Shown here: one piece after another, positions 1-11,899 of the stretch
Position numbering within the stretch: the stretch's first letter is position 1
How the letters are laid out: every line of letters begins with the position of its first letter
Assembly (NCBI GenBank): GCA_051362555.1
Contig: CM120642.1
Coordinates: 5,208,001-5,272,000 of the forward strand
Reading direction: 5' to 3'
Origin: Lingula anatina
Taxonomy: Eukaryota; Animalia; Brachiopoda
Length of the DNA stretch: 64,000 nt
The notes under the pieces: model-generated
What the model saw: only the letters and a program-made list of their open reading frames with translations
The model's database searches: none
Told to the model about the DNA's origin: nothing
Made by a program: the position numbers and the translations under genes

Positions 1-414
1 TACTCATAACCAGCCGATAACGTCATTCACTAGTTCAAAAACATCTCTCTTACCATGTGTCACGATTCAAATTCCTTTATGGATGTACCTGTACTGAAAG
101 GGACAATTGTGGACATAAACATCTAACTGGTCTACATCGTACATGTAACTATACGCTACATGTACACTACATAGTCTGTACGTACATCGCTACAAAAATA
201 GATGAATGTATTTAAAAATACGTGTATAGCGTTAAGTGTTTCGGTAAAATAAAGTAGGCAAAATGTCATCAGTCAATTTAATTCCATTTATTAGCGTGCT
301 AATGCTTATTATCAGTATTTTCAATGCGTGCCAAATACAGCGCACCTGTGGCTTTCACTAAGTCCTTGGACTGTCTTGCACCCTCTATCGGCAAATTCTA
401 TAGTCAATGTTAAT

Positions 415-459
415 TGCGCATGCGTGCAGTAGGAGCGCTTGATCCAAATAAACCGGAAG
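415..459 (+). promoter_or_regulatory. Putative PIBF1 core promoter with NRF1-like and ETS/GABP-like sites
   Basis: TGCGCATGCGT at 415-425 (NRF1-like) and ACCGGAAG at 452-459 (ETS), 50-95 bp upstream of the ATG at 509; typical housekeeping TATA-less promoter motifs. Confidence 0.5.
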
Positions 460-508
460 ATATATTACGAAGGACCAGTCTTAAATGTAGTCTCTTTCAT
501 CCACAATC

Positions 509-3500
509 ATGCCCAGAAAGAAAAAAGAAGATACGGTGTCTCATTTAGACGATTTGAGTGGCTTTGATACGACAACGGGGACAGAATTGTCCTCTTTAAC
601 GTTGTCTCATTCACCAAGCCTGAGCGAGGCCCACAGCAAAACAGAGAAGCGAGAAAGAGTAAACAAGCAAGAATTGGTTAGTAAGCAGCTCGCCCATGAT
701 TTTCAGCTCCTGAAAATAGAAGTTTCGCAGAAGAACTTACTGATCGATCAGATCAAGTCGGAACATGCGGAAAAGGTATACGTTCAGTGCTAACATCCGT
801 GTCTGCTTCTTTCAAATTGATTTTAATTGGATTTAATTTGCAACTGAGATAAAAAAAAAAAAATGGATACTCAGTAGCTTGTTAGTGTATTAGCTGCATG
901 GTCATACATGTACAGGGCTTGACATTAAGGGTGGCCCACTGGCCCTGGGCCACTGAAAACCAACCTAGGGCCATTGAATTGATAGGGTCACTGGCCCGAA
1001 GACCAAGTAAAATGTCATGTGTCAAATCATCCTTGCAATATTTACCCATATCGCGGGCCAGTATCGAAAAAAGTTAGTGTCAAGCCCTGATGTATATAGT
1101 GCTTGTAATGCTCTTTTATAAATTCAAATGCTTTTCTGACATTTGAAACCGTATTCAGTTGTCATGGTGCTAATTTGATATAGTGATTACAAAAATGTAA
1201 GTGTGAACGACCATTGAAATACGGTTGAGGTGTAATGTAGAAAAATATTTGCTGAAACATGCAGTATAAGTTATTTATAACTTTCTTATTTTGTTGAATA
1301 TTGAAGGTTGAAGAACTGGAAGAGAAACTCTCTGATGCTCTTCACCGTGGTCGGATCGTGCAGGCCCGTCTTGATACGCAGCTGCATCTTCAACAGGCAG
1401 AGGCTAGAAAGCAGCATGCCGATACTCAACAGGAACTGCAGGGCATCCTCACCAAACAGAAGAAGCTGGAGGAGGCCAATGCCTTGCTGCTTCAGAGGAC
1501 AGCCAGAGTGAAAGAGGAGCTGCAGTCTGATTTAACTTTGTCACATGAGAAATATATGCATATGAAAGCGCTGCATGAGGATCAGCTTTCCATTGCAGAT
1601 TTTGTTGCAGTATGTTTTCTGATGATAGAGATACTGGATTTGTAGATATATAATACCCAGTCTGTGGTCTAAAGAAATGATAACTAAATGATAGTGTATT
1701 TTACTTGTTATGAAGTCACAAATCTTTAATAGTTTTGTACAAGAAAGTTACATAAAATGCCAGTACACTTAGACATCTTTTGCTCAGTGAAACAGAATGT
1801 TTTGATATGAATAACAAGCATTTATGTGTTTGGACATACATATTCTCGCACACACTGCAACACATGTGCATGCACACAGGGAAGTGAAAAACTAAAAGAA
1901 ATTGGTTGTTTTTTGTTCTAGATAAGGTTATTTGAATCCACAGAGCCACTGAAGTCGGAAGTGGCTCAGCAGAAACAGCAGATCAGACATCACCAAGGTG
2001 AAGTGCATCAGTTACAGAATGAACTGGAACAGTGGAGAGAGGTATGCTAGTCCACAGGCTGGCTGGAGCAAATTAATTTTTTGACAGTCACACTAATATA
2101 AAAATGATTTTAAAAACAATTAAAAATGGAATGATTATAAAGAATAATTCATAATTGTTAAGAAGAAACCGTTATAAATTTGAAATTATAATTTTTTTTT
2201 CAAAATATTTACTATGAAGCAATTTGCAAGAAATAAAAAAGCAAGATATCACAAGTATTGTAAAGTATCTTAAAAGAGCTGAAGACATAGGTTGCCACTT
2301 TATTCATTGACATTCGTTTGGTGACTTAACAGAAATACAGCCAGGCAGAATCCAGCATCCAGTCCCTGAATGTGAAGTGTCACCAGCTGTCACTGGCTCT
2401 GGCCGACACCAAGTCAGAGATCCAACACGATAATTACAAGATTAACAACTATGATGTTGTCAAGAGGTATGGAAGTGATTCTTTTGAGATAGATTGTTTA
2501 AGCAATTGTATTCCTGTCTTCTCAGAGCTGTTTTCCAATAATTTACAGGTATTTACACAGAACAGTGAGTAGGTGAAAGTGCAACGCAATATTATCATCA
2601 AGTGCATGGGTGAACTGAAAGTTTTCAGAAAAATGCCCGATTTCAGGATTTTCAGTCTTCAATTTGATTTTTTTTGCATGTGGTCTAAATGTGATAAGAA
2701 ATTGCCAGCTACGCTTTTCGGATTTTCAGGTTTTACAACTTTCACCCATACAAGGGGCCGTGCTTTCTGGTATTATCTATTTTGGTCCATATCTGCTTAT
2801 ATATGATTGTGTGACTATTTTTTAACCTGCATGAACATATACATTCACAGCATGTTTTCTCCCTTTTCAGTGAGAGAGACCAGTTATCAGGGGACTGTAC
2901 TGACCTCAAGCAGGCTGTGGGATATCTAGAAGCTGCCAACCAGGCACTCACTCAGGAAAGAGATGACTTGAAGAAACAGGTCAGATATATATTAGTCAGC
3001 CATGCCATATGTTAGTAAAATTTGTATATTGTTGTTAAAAATTTTCATTTTGTGAACTTCATTATTATTGTGATAAATTCCAAACATAAGAAAGATTCAC
3101 AATACACCAAAGAACTGCTTTAAACAATTTTTTTTTTTTTTTTTTTTTGGGGGGGGGGGGGGTGTCTTTTTCTTCAAATAGCTGATATAATATGATCTTT
3201 GTGTAACTCATTTATTTACATGGACAGGGTTTGGGACAAAGCATGGATCATATTGATTTTCTCTTTCAGTTAAGTGCATTGCAGCAGACATTAGTTTTGA
3301 CCAACAAGGACAAAGACTACCTGTCCAAACAGATGGTTGAGAAGAACCACAAATATAAATATGCTGAAGAACAGAGGCAGGTTCTTGTGGACCAATTGGA
3401 AAAAATGAAACAGCAGAGGGAGGACATGTATGAGAAATATGTATCCGTGAGGTTTGTGGCCTTTTTTATGTAAAGGTATATTGAAGCTTGTAAATTTTGT

Positions 3501-5696
3501 TTAGCAGTATTCTAAGTCAGTGTCTATAAATGTGCCATCCTCGATTTCTAGTTTACAAATGAGCATAAAAGAGCTGGCATAAGTATTTCTAAAATCGTAT
3601 GTATAATAATATGTTGTCTCCATTGATGAAAAAAGACAATAATATAATCTTTGCCTTATTTGTAAAGCTAGAGTTAATAGAATAACCAGGTCTTCTATCC
3701 AACAGAGACCAGTACAAAACTGAATATGAAAGACGACTCCAGGAAGAAATTGATCACCTCCGAAAACAAACTGATGCAGAGGTTGGCAGATTGCGCTCAG
3801 GAACAAAAGAGATGTATGAGCAGGAAATAAGGTGAGGAAAAAGATAGCTATCATATATTATTTTATAACAGTACAGTCTTGGGCTCTTTGACCTTTTTGT
3901 AATCAATTTCTATATACATAAGATGTTGCAGCAAGGGTTGAGAAAAATGTGTAATTTTTTCTCGGAATACCTTTTAGTTAAAAGTGGATGTTGCTGTGTA
4001 CAGTAGGCTGTATAACCCTTCTCATACTGCTGATCATTTTAATGATACATTCAAGTTTAAATTTTTTGTGCTTCATGGACTTTCTTCAGTGTTAAGTGAT
4101 TTTTAAATAAGATTTTGGTAAAGCAATGTTCATATTTTATATTTTATATTTTTATGTACAGACACAGATGTGTCTGTACATATAGCCATCATCTGCGTCC
4201 GTCGTCGCCGTCATCGCCGTGCACTTTTACCGATAACACGATAAGTGGAAAACCATTTTACCTTTTGACTTGAAACTTGCAGAACTGATGAATATTCATA
4301 ATACGCAGGTCAAGTTCGAAAATCAGCATGATCGGGTCACTTTTAGGGAATTTATGCTGTTTTTTCACTTTTTTCAGCATATATGCAGCACCGATAACAC
4401 GATAAGTGGAAAACCATTTTACCTTTTGACTTGAAACTTACAGAACTGATGAATATTCATAATACGCAGGTCAAGTTAAAAAATCAGCATGATCGGGTCA
4501 CTTTTAGGGTATTTATGCTGTTTTTTCACTTTTTTCAGCATATATGCAGCACCGATAACACGATAAGTGGAAAACCATTTTACCTTTTGACTTGAAACTT
4601 ACAGAACTGATGAATATTCATAATAGGCAGGTCAAGTTCAAAAATCAGCATGATCGGGTCACTTTTAGGTAATTTATGCTGTTTTTTCACTTTTTTCAGC
4701 ATATATGCAGCACCGATAACACGATAAGTGGAAAACCATTTTACCTTTTGACTTGAAACTTACAGAACTGATGAATATTCATAATACGCAGGTCAAGTTC
4801 GAAAATCAGCATGATTGGGCCATTTTGAGGGAATTTATGCTGTTTTTTCACTATTTTCAATATAAATGCAACACTGATAACACAATATAAGAAAAACGGA
4901 TTGGCCAATTGTAATTATACTCACAGGAGTGGTCAATCTTACTAAAACCAGGTTGAGTTCGAAAATCAGCATAATCGGGCCATTATTTTAGAAGTTATAC
5001 TGTTTTTTTCACATTTCCTCAGATTCAATTATTAGGCATGTTAACAGTCTCATTATTTAACTAATAAGATGCCTTAAAGTGTTTGTTTGATATTTCCTGC
5101 ATCTTTACAACATTGTTAGTTGATTATGTAAAAAACATGGTAAACTTGTTATCATGTATTGTGTAATAAAGTGTCAAAAATGGAAATAAACTCATATCAT
5201 TGAAGTTTGTCAGATTCAATCATCCACTATGTTCAGAATCTCAGAATGGAGGAAATTGGACATTTAACACTGTTCTATTGATACTTTTCCCATCTCATCA
5301 ATTTTCTTAGTTGGTCATATAAAAATGGCAGTAAAATGTTTATTTTGTTTTATGTTAAAAAAGTGTTAAAATGGAAATAAACCCATTTCAGAACAGTGCT
5401 ATCTTGTTTACATTTTGGCATTTTCAAGGTGTGACTTTGAAGTTCCATGGGCCTGAAGACCTTTGCTAGTCACATTTTCTGAATATCTGTGATACAAATA
5501 TTTTATAATTAAAAATTGATGGTCATTAAGCTGTTAAACATTATGTAATATTGCATCAAAATTTGAAGAAACCCCTATTTTGGGCACTGCTTCCATGATG
5601 ACCATTTAAGGAAAATTATGTCACTTACTGTTCTCAAACTTACAGGAAAGAAACATGGGACTAAAATACAGCTTCAGTAGGCAATGCAGTCTGTTT

Positions 5697-5730
<34 letters not shown>

Positions 5731-8700
5731 GGCAGTTAAATAGTTTTTTGTGAAAATTTAATTTTTCACATATTGGCATTTTCAAGGTGTGACTTTAAAG
5801 TTCCATGATCTTGAAGACTTTTGCTTGTCACATTTTCTAAATGTGTATGTTACTAATATTTTATTAATAACATTTGATTGTCATTATGCTGTTAAACATT
5901 ATGTAATGTTGCATCAAAATTTGAAGAAACCCCTATTTTGGGCACTGCTCCTATGATGACCATTTAAGGGAAATCATGTCACTTACTGTTCTCAAACTTA
6001 CAGGAAAGAAACATGGGTCTAACATACAGCTTCAATAGGCAACGCAGTCTGTTTGGTAAATTTTTTTGGCAATTTAACAGTTTTTTGTGAAAATTTAATT
6101 TTTCACTTATTTGCATCTTTATTTTCTGTTCTTTGTCTGTACATTTGACAGCTTTGCTGCCTTGTTTTCTGTATATCTTTTAGTATAAAATCAATACTTA
6201 CTTGTGTCCATTTTTGAAGGAATTTAAATAGCTTGACAAAGTATTTAGAATTTTGTAATAAACTTTTTATATAGGAGTTTACGTGAAGCCAGGGACATGG
6301 CCTTGATGGAAAAGGAGAGGATTCAAACGTCCGAGAGAGAACTCAGGGACCGGTGTGACACTCTTCAGGCTGAGTAAGTAACACCTGGAATGGATAGCTT
6401 GGCTCACTGTATTTCTACACAGAGCCCCTTGTGCCTAAAGAGCAGATTGAAATGAGTCCCGAGATGTTCAGTTAAATTGGTGGGAGATGGCAGCTCGCTG
6501 AACAATGATGAAATAAAAACTGTAATTATGAGCATGACTAAACTTATATCAAAAGTAGTTTCAAAAGAAAATATTGGTAACTAAGAATTTTGATGATTAA
6601 CAATTAACAATCTGTCATTAAGTTTTTCTTTTTCTTTGCAAGCCAAAAGGTATTAAAAATCCGCTGACCTGAAGTAGAAACAGCAGCCAGTAAACAAAAA
6701 AATTTACACAATGTTTCACTGGGTTGGCTTCCATTATTTTGGCACTATACATTGGGGCCATTGCTGATGTCACATACATCTAAACTTTTTACTATATATT
6801 TTATTTTAAGGTACCAGACACTGCAATCAGATCTCAATACCAAAATCTCAGATATTCACAACCAACTGCGACTGAAGACATTTGAGCTGGAGCGTTCACA
6901 GCTGCTTTACGAAGAAACTTTGAAGAATTTCAAGGCATCTCAGTTAGACAAGGAAAAAATACAGAAAAAATTGGAGGTATAGTCTCTTAGTTATTCAAAG
7001 TCTTTCAGTTGATTCCTACCAGTGAGCAGCTGTCATCATATTTAGGATGTAGAATGATTCTATTTCCAATTTGCTCAAAAGTTAAATTGTAGTGAACTTT
7101 CCCATCTACTTGAGTTTTATATTAGATAAGTTCAATTTTAACTGTTGACTGATGTTGACATGGGCGATATATGCCAGAATGCCTTGAATGTAAAGGAGAG
7201 GTGTTCAAGGCATATATAGCAAGAGGGCGGCAGCGTATTATTTGATATACATACGGAGAGAGATTACTCACATTTCACTGAAAAAAAAACAAAAAAACTA
7301 AAACCAAAAAAGCATATAGCGCCGCATCAATAGGTATGTCTATTCAATATTCACAGGTAGTGACCCAAGACGTTATGACGCTGGAGAGCAGCAGCACACA
7401 GCGGGTTCAGGAACTGGAGAATGAATGCAGTCACCTGCGCCAGCAGCTCGCAGCATACCAGCAAATAGAGCAACATCTGGACGATGTGATGCTACAGGCT
7501 GCTGAAAGTGAGTGTGGTGGACCCCCAAGGGAAAATATAGAACAAGTATTGAAGCCATCATTTGGTTGTGCTTCTTGGACATTTGATCTATTTGAAGAAA
7601 GGTCCTGTGAGTCTGTGAAAATAAGTTAAAGAACTAATTTCTACATTTTTGTGTTGATGATGAAATATGCCACAGGATTTAATTTGCCTCCTAGTCTACT
7701 ATATGATCAGCAAAACATGTAAAGTGATGTCATGAAATCAAATTTTTAAGAAGTCCTCTATGTTTATTTAATGCTTCATCATCTTTCAGTTGGCGACGAT
7801 ATAGAAGCAGAGCGTGTGATCTCTGCTTATGAAAGCCAGTTTCCAGTTCAGACAACAGCTAAAAGACATCTACAACAAAGGTGGAGGCCTGTTCCCTTTT
7901 ATAATTTCATTCTTGTTTTGCATTTGTTCTTTTGATAACTTAAATACAATAATGCATTTTTCTGGATGGTACTTTAAAATTATTATTATTATTATTATCA
8001 GAATTTCAGAAGAGACTTTTGTACAGCTATACTACATCTTTTAAAACTGGGAAGAAGGATCAGTTAAAATTATCTTTGCCGTCCACAAGGAACATCACTG
8101 TGTTATACTGTCTTATGTTTATGTATTTAATTTTTTTCAGTGTTCGTTTAGCTCAAAGAGTCCTAAGTCTACAAAAGAAAAATACCACTCTACAGGATGA
8201 TTTAGAAAAAGAAACCAAAAAGAGGAATCAGTTGGAAGGAATGGTACATCCTTAATTTGATTGATTTATGGACTGATCAGTTGATTGATTGATAAACAAA
8301 TGTTCATTAAGTTATTATCCTTATAGTTAACAATCTTAGGCTAAAAACCTAAAAGTATTATTTAGAGGTAGTTGGGGGGTTCAATTTTCTATATTGCGTA
8401 GATCTTTTTATGCACTTTTCATTACCTGACTCTTTGAATTAATTTTTTCTTTTACTTTTGTGTTTCCTTAGTTGCCAGTTACTCTCCTCTGGTAGTAACT
8501 AATTGTTGAAAGTTAATATATTTTGCAAGACGTTTAATATTGTCATCAACTGGATATTTTCAGCTAGAAGAGTCTAGTTCTTTGCTACAGAGTTTACAAC
8601 AGCCACAGACGTATTTGATTGAGGTCATGCGAAACAAAGATGGAAAAATACAAGAACTTACAAAAGATAGCAACCAGCTGAAGGAAGAAATAAAGTAAAT

Positions 8701-9552
8701 AGGTTTCTTTTTTACTTTTTTTTCATTTAGAGTCCACTGGGCAATGATACCATTATGTACAAAAATGTACAGCTGATAGTGTCATCTAAACATTTGAATT
8801 TTGATTTTAAAGGCATTCACTGTGCATTAGTCCTTTCCATATCAAATGATAAATTTTTTGCAGAAATTTCAAAATATTTTCTTAAATCATGAACGGTGAT
8901 TCAGAACAATGGATTCCATTCATGATAGTCATTATCTTCTTATGTGCATTGAATGTTTTTAAATGTACCATTTACAAAACAAGAGATTGACAATTTCAAT
9001 TAAAATCCATGTTGAATATTGTTTCTCATGATTAATATGTAATTAAATGTGTCATGTTGCTTTCATTAAAAATTTAGGCAACTTCATAAGGAACGAAAAG
9101 ATCTTCTGACATCCAAGCAGCAGTTGGCAGCAGATTTAGAAAAACTTTTAGGTCATGGGGAGGTAAGTGTATAAATAATATTGATAATTCATTTATTTTG
9201 CGGGAACAAAGTTTACATTTATGGGGGTATGACATAATCTAGAGAGGACCCCAAGAATGCAGACCTTTAAGAAGGCAGTAAATAAAAATTATTTCAAAAT
9301 TAAAAATCAAATGTCAATCCTGAAAACTTCACCACGATTTGAAAATTCCTTCAGTTTGCATAAACCCAGTTCACTCAGAAGCATAGAGTAACCTGTAGTA
9401 AACCCCCCCAAAAGAAAATTATAATAATGAAAAATTGGATTATTATACTTGAATGTTTTATCCACAATGTATTTTTTCTTCTCCTTAAGGAGCTCAGAGG
9501 GATGAAAGAGACACTGAGGTCTACCCTTACTGCCAGGACAGCTTACAGATGA
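509..9552 (+). CDS. PIBF1: Progesterone-induced blocking factor 1 / CEP90, centriolar coiled-coil protein (~709 aa)
   Basis: Coding exons 509-775, 1307-1609, 1922-2041, 2333-2466, 2871-2979, 3270-3451, 3706-3831, 6275-6373, 6811-6976, 7357-7507, 7790-7880, 8141-8243, 8564-8694, 9078-9162, 9490-9552; all GT-AG, 2130 nt in frame. Recognisable PIBF1 segments: QLLKIEVSQKNLLID, LRLKTFELERSQL, EAERVISAY..VQTTAKRHLQQSVRLAQRVLSLQKKN, QQPQTYLIE, DLEKLLGHGEEL. Confidence 0.93.
913..1089. mobile_element. 177-bp MITE (hAT-like CAGGG termini) in PIBF1 intron 1
   Basis: TIR CAGGGCTTGACATTAA (913-928) vs TTAGTGTCAAGCCCTG (1074-1089), 15/16 match; flanked by direct repeat ATGTA (908-912, 1090-1094); internal GGGCCA/TGGCCC repeats. 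Confidence 0.85.
4229..4990. repeat. Tandem array, ~161-bp unit, 4 near-identical copies plus a diverged fifth
   Basis: ACCGATAACACGATAAGTGGAAAACC recurs at ~4229, 4390, 4551, 4712; diverged copy at ~4873. Confidence 0.95.
5020..5400. repeat. Diverged tandem duplication, ~191-bp unit x2 (inside the HINE)
   Basis: CAGATTCAAT at ~5020 and ~5211; AAATGGAAATAAA at ~5178 and ~5369. Confidence 0.7.
5415..6115. repeat. Tandem duplication, ~358-bp unit x2 (inside the HINE)
   Basis: TTGGCATTTTCAAGGTGTGACTTT at 5415 and 5773; long shared blocks such as GCATCAAAATTTGAAGAAACCCCTATTTTGGGCACTGCT and CTCAAACTTACAGGAAAGAAACATGGG; the copies differ in poly-T length. Confidence 0.92.
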
Positions 9553-11146
9553 CAGTAGACCAAAGAGAATGATGATATTTTACACCGAGTACCTTCAGTG
9601 CTGCTGTTGATAGTGTACAAACATAATTAACCATTGCCTGTCATAGTAGACAATGGTTAATTGTTTACCCGTGACACTTCCTTTATGACATCCTGTCTGT
9701 GACATTATTTGTGATGGTTTTGCACCACTGTTGACAATTTGGTGACACTAATAGTGGCAATCGATCAGGTCACCATTTTGACACAGGTAATAAAGATTCT
9801 GTCTTAGTGCATCTGTGATAATATCCTGGTGATTGTAAGCCTGCGCTGGTAATGTTGACCTTGCACTGTTGATGCTGATGACCCTGCACATCACATTAAC
9901 TACAACTTTGCTATCAGGACACTGTGTCATGTTGTTGTTATTCTTATTATCATTAGGCTGCACGTGCTAAGCTGATAATTTTTTTTCAGTATAATATTAA
10001 TGGATTTTTGTAAAAAGTGAATTTTTTTTTATATTTTGACTGGGATCATGTTTAATTTATTTGAAAATTAAAACATTGTAAATTATTGTACATATTATTT
10101 TAAGTCTACAAATATGATCTTGAATAAACTGTTGAGACACGATTGCTCAAGTATGGTACATGTACACGACGTTTGATGTCTGTTGCAGAAAGCAAAAAAT
10201 CGTTGCTTTCTAAATAAACATTTTCAAAAGAAACGCAATATTTGTTTTAATGACTTTTAGTTCAGAAATCATTTTATAAGTTCCGGTTTCTAGTGTAGAG
10301 GTGAATCTGCTGTATTTAATCTGTAACTTTACGAGTGTCACAAAATGCCCCACGTGGCAGTCGTTTTCACTTCACATTATTCAGGTAAAGCGCATTGTGG
10401 CGTTGGTAGCACGATAGCAAACGTTTTGATTTTTCATCAATATCACATTTCATAACAATACAAAAACTGCTCGGAAACGGGACGTTGCCAAATGGTAAAA
10501 TTAGCCGCAACTGAAGATTTTATTTTTGGGTGTGACTTGGGGATAAATCTCCTTTATCATAAACAGTTTAATCCTCATTTTTGTTTTGCTGAGATCGCCA
10601 TGGCCCTTTCTAAAGGAAACTCAAATCTGGTTCTAACGAAACTCTCGCAAGATAAGTAGCAAAGGTAAAATAAATCAAACGATTAGTCATTTTTATTTAA
10701 AAGAAATTTAGTGTTGCAAAAGGTTATGTTTTCCCCTTTCACGAGTCTACTGGACAACCCGGTCGTAAAATTTTAATTTCAGATCGTGATTTTCTCTTTG
10801 GACTTGCATTTGTGGTAAAGCACTGGTTTCCAAGTTGTTCCAATAGGCCACGTTCAACTGTTTCGTAAAAAAACTGCACACATAAAACGATGTGCATAGT
10901 ATTATCTCGCTTTTTATTCGAATATGCAAAAATATCGAAAAGAACTCATTTACCAAGCAATCAAAAATAAGTATGAAAAACTGCAAAATAAATATGGTAA
11001 AGGTTCAATAGTAAGTGAGTCGGTGCAAAGAGTAGATATCTCTGTGTTCATATCTTTATCAGTACAAACATTCCGTAACAACGCAGTACGTTGAATTTGT
11101 GTCATCTGGGTATTGAGGACATTAGACTCAAGTTTATATCACGAAA

Positions 11147-11555
11147 ATGGCGAGAACTTTAGTGTTAACGCTAGCAGTTTTAGTTTTGGTTGCTTTGGAA
11201 ACCACTCCATGCAGCAGTACACCCTCCTCCACGTTTAGCCAGACGATCAAGATGTTTTGGAAGTTTTTGTGGGGAGAAATCGAGGCACCACCCGCGCCTG
11301 CTACTGAGGGAGATAAGCGAAACGCAAACGGCGCTGAAAAAGTAGAAAAACAGGATAAGGATCCGGGCTTAATTGATATTTTGTCACTTGAAGACTTAAA
11401 TGATGCTGATATTACCACAGACGATCAGTTAGCAGACGATGATGTGTTTTACATGCCTAATTATCGACGAAAGGAGGACGTGAACAAGGTTGCCGTATCT
11501 CACCTTCAGACTTTGTCCTGGTCCAGAGATGGTAAAAACAGTTGTTGGTTTGCAC

Positions 11556-11589
<34 letters not shown>

Positions 11590-11899
11590 TATCTATTTAT
11601 TTTTATGCGTTTGCGCGGCCTATGTGGTTTTTAAATGTTTAAAATTCCATCCTACCTGTAGGTTTACCCATTTGTCTAAAGGCAATAAGATACATGTACA
11701 TGCTATAGATTTGGGCAAAGGAAGGAACAGTGTATACTTTTATTTATTCATTCATCTGTTTGTTAATTCATTATTCTCATTTTCTTGCTTGCTTATTCAT
11801 TATTCTCATTTTCTTGCTTGCTGTTGTAAGATATAGTTAACTTTTAAAGTTCTATATCTTACAACAGATATCTTTAAGAGAAGTTCACAACCAAGTTAA
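11147..11899 (+). CDS. Orphan secreted prepropeptide-like protein (~138 aa)
   Basis: Signal peptide MARTLVLTLAVLVLVALETTPCSS; acidic middle; basic sites KR, RRK, KR. Exon 1 11147-11531 (phase-1 GT at 11532); candidate exon 2 11868-11899 gives ...SRDDIFKRSSQPS*; AATAAA-like signals ~11965-12025. The hydrophobic tail of the 229-aa ORF is intronic (ATT)n. Confidence 0.65.
11821..11867. repeat. Near-perfect inverted repeat (hairpin)
   Basis: CTGTTGTAAGATATAG (11821-11836) and its exact reverse complement CTATATCTTACAACAG (11852-11867), extended inward by AACTTT/AAAGTT; preceded by a 29-bp direct duplication (~11766-11822). Confidence 0.9.

Larger units (their letters stand above)
4150..6166 (+). 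mobile_element. Non-autonomous Helentron/Helitron2-type element (HINE, DINE-1/Pearl-like) in PIBF1 intron 7
   Basis: Starts in a T-run; 5' subTIR ATGTACAGACA (4154-4164) with nearby inverted copy TGTCTGTACAT (4171-4181); GTCC/GTC/GCC microsatellite-like tract ~4195-4220; internal tandem arrays; 3' subTIR TGTCTGTACAT (6134-6144) followed by hairpin GACAGC-TTT-GCTGCC (6147-6161) and a T-run. Confidence 0.8.

Noticed and set aside
4229-4990. Regularly spaced repeats resembling a CRISPR array
   Set aside because: The whole 161-bp unit repeats with no unique spacers; eukaryotic intron; bounded by Helentron-type ends.
11532-11836. C-terminal 'TM helix' (poly-Leu) of the 229-aa ORF
   Set aside because: Translation of an intronic (ATT)n tract after a good GT donor at 11532.
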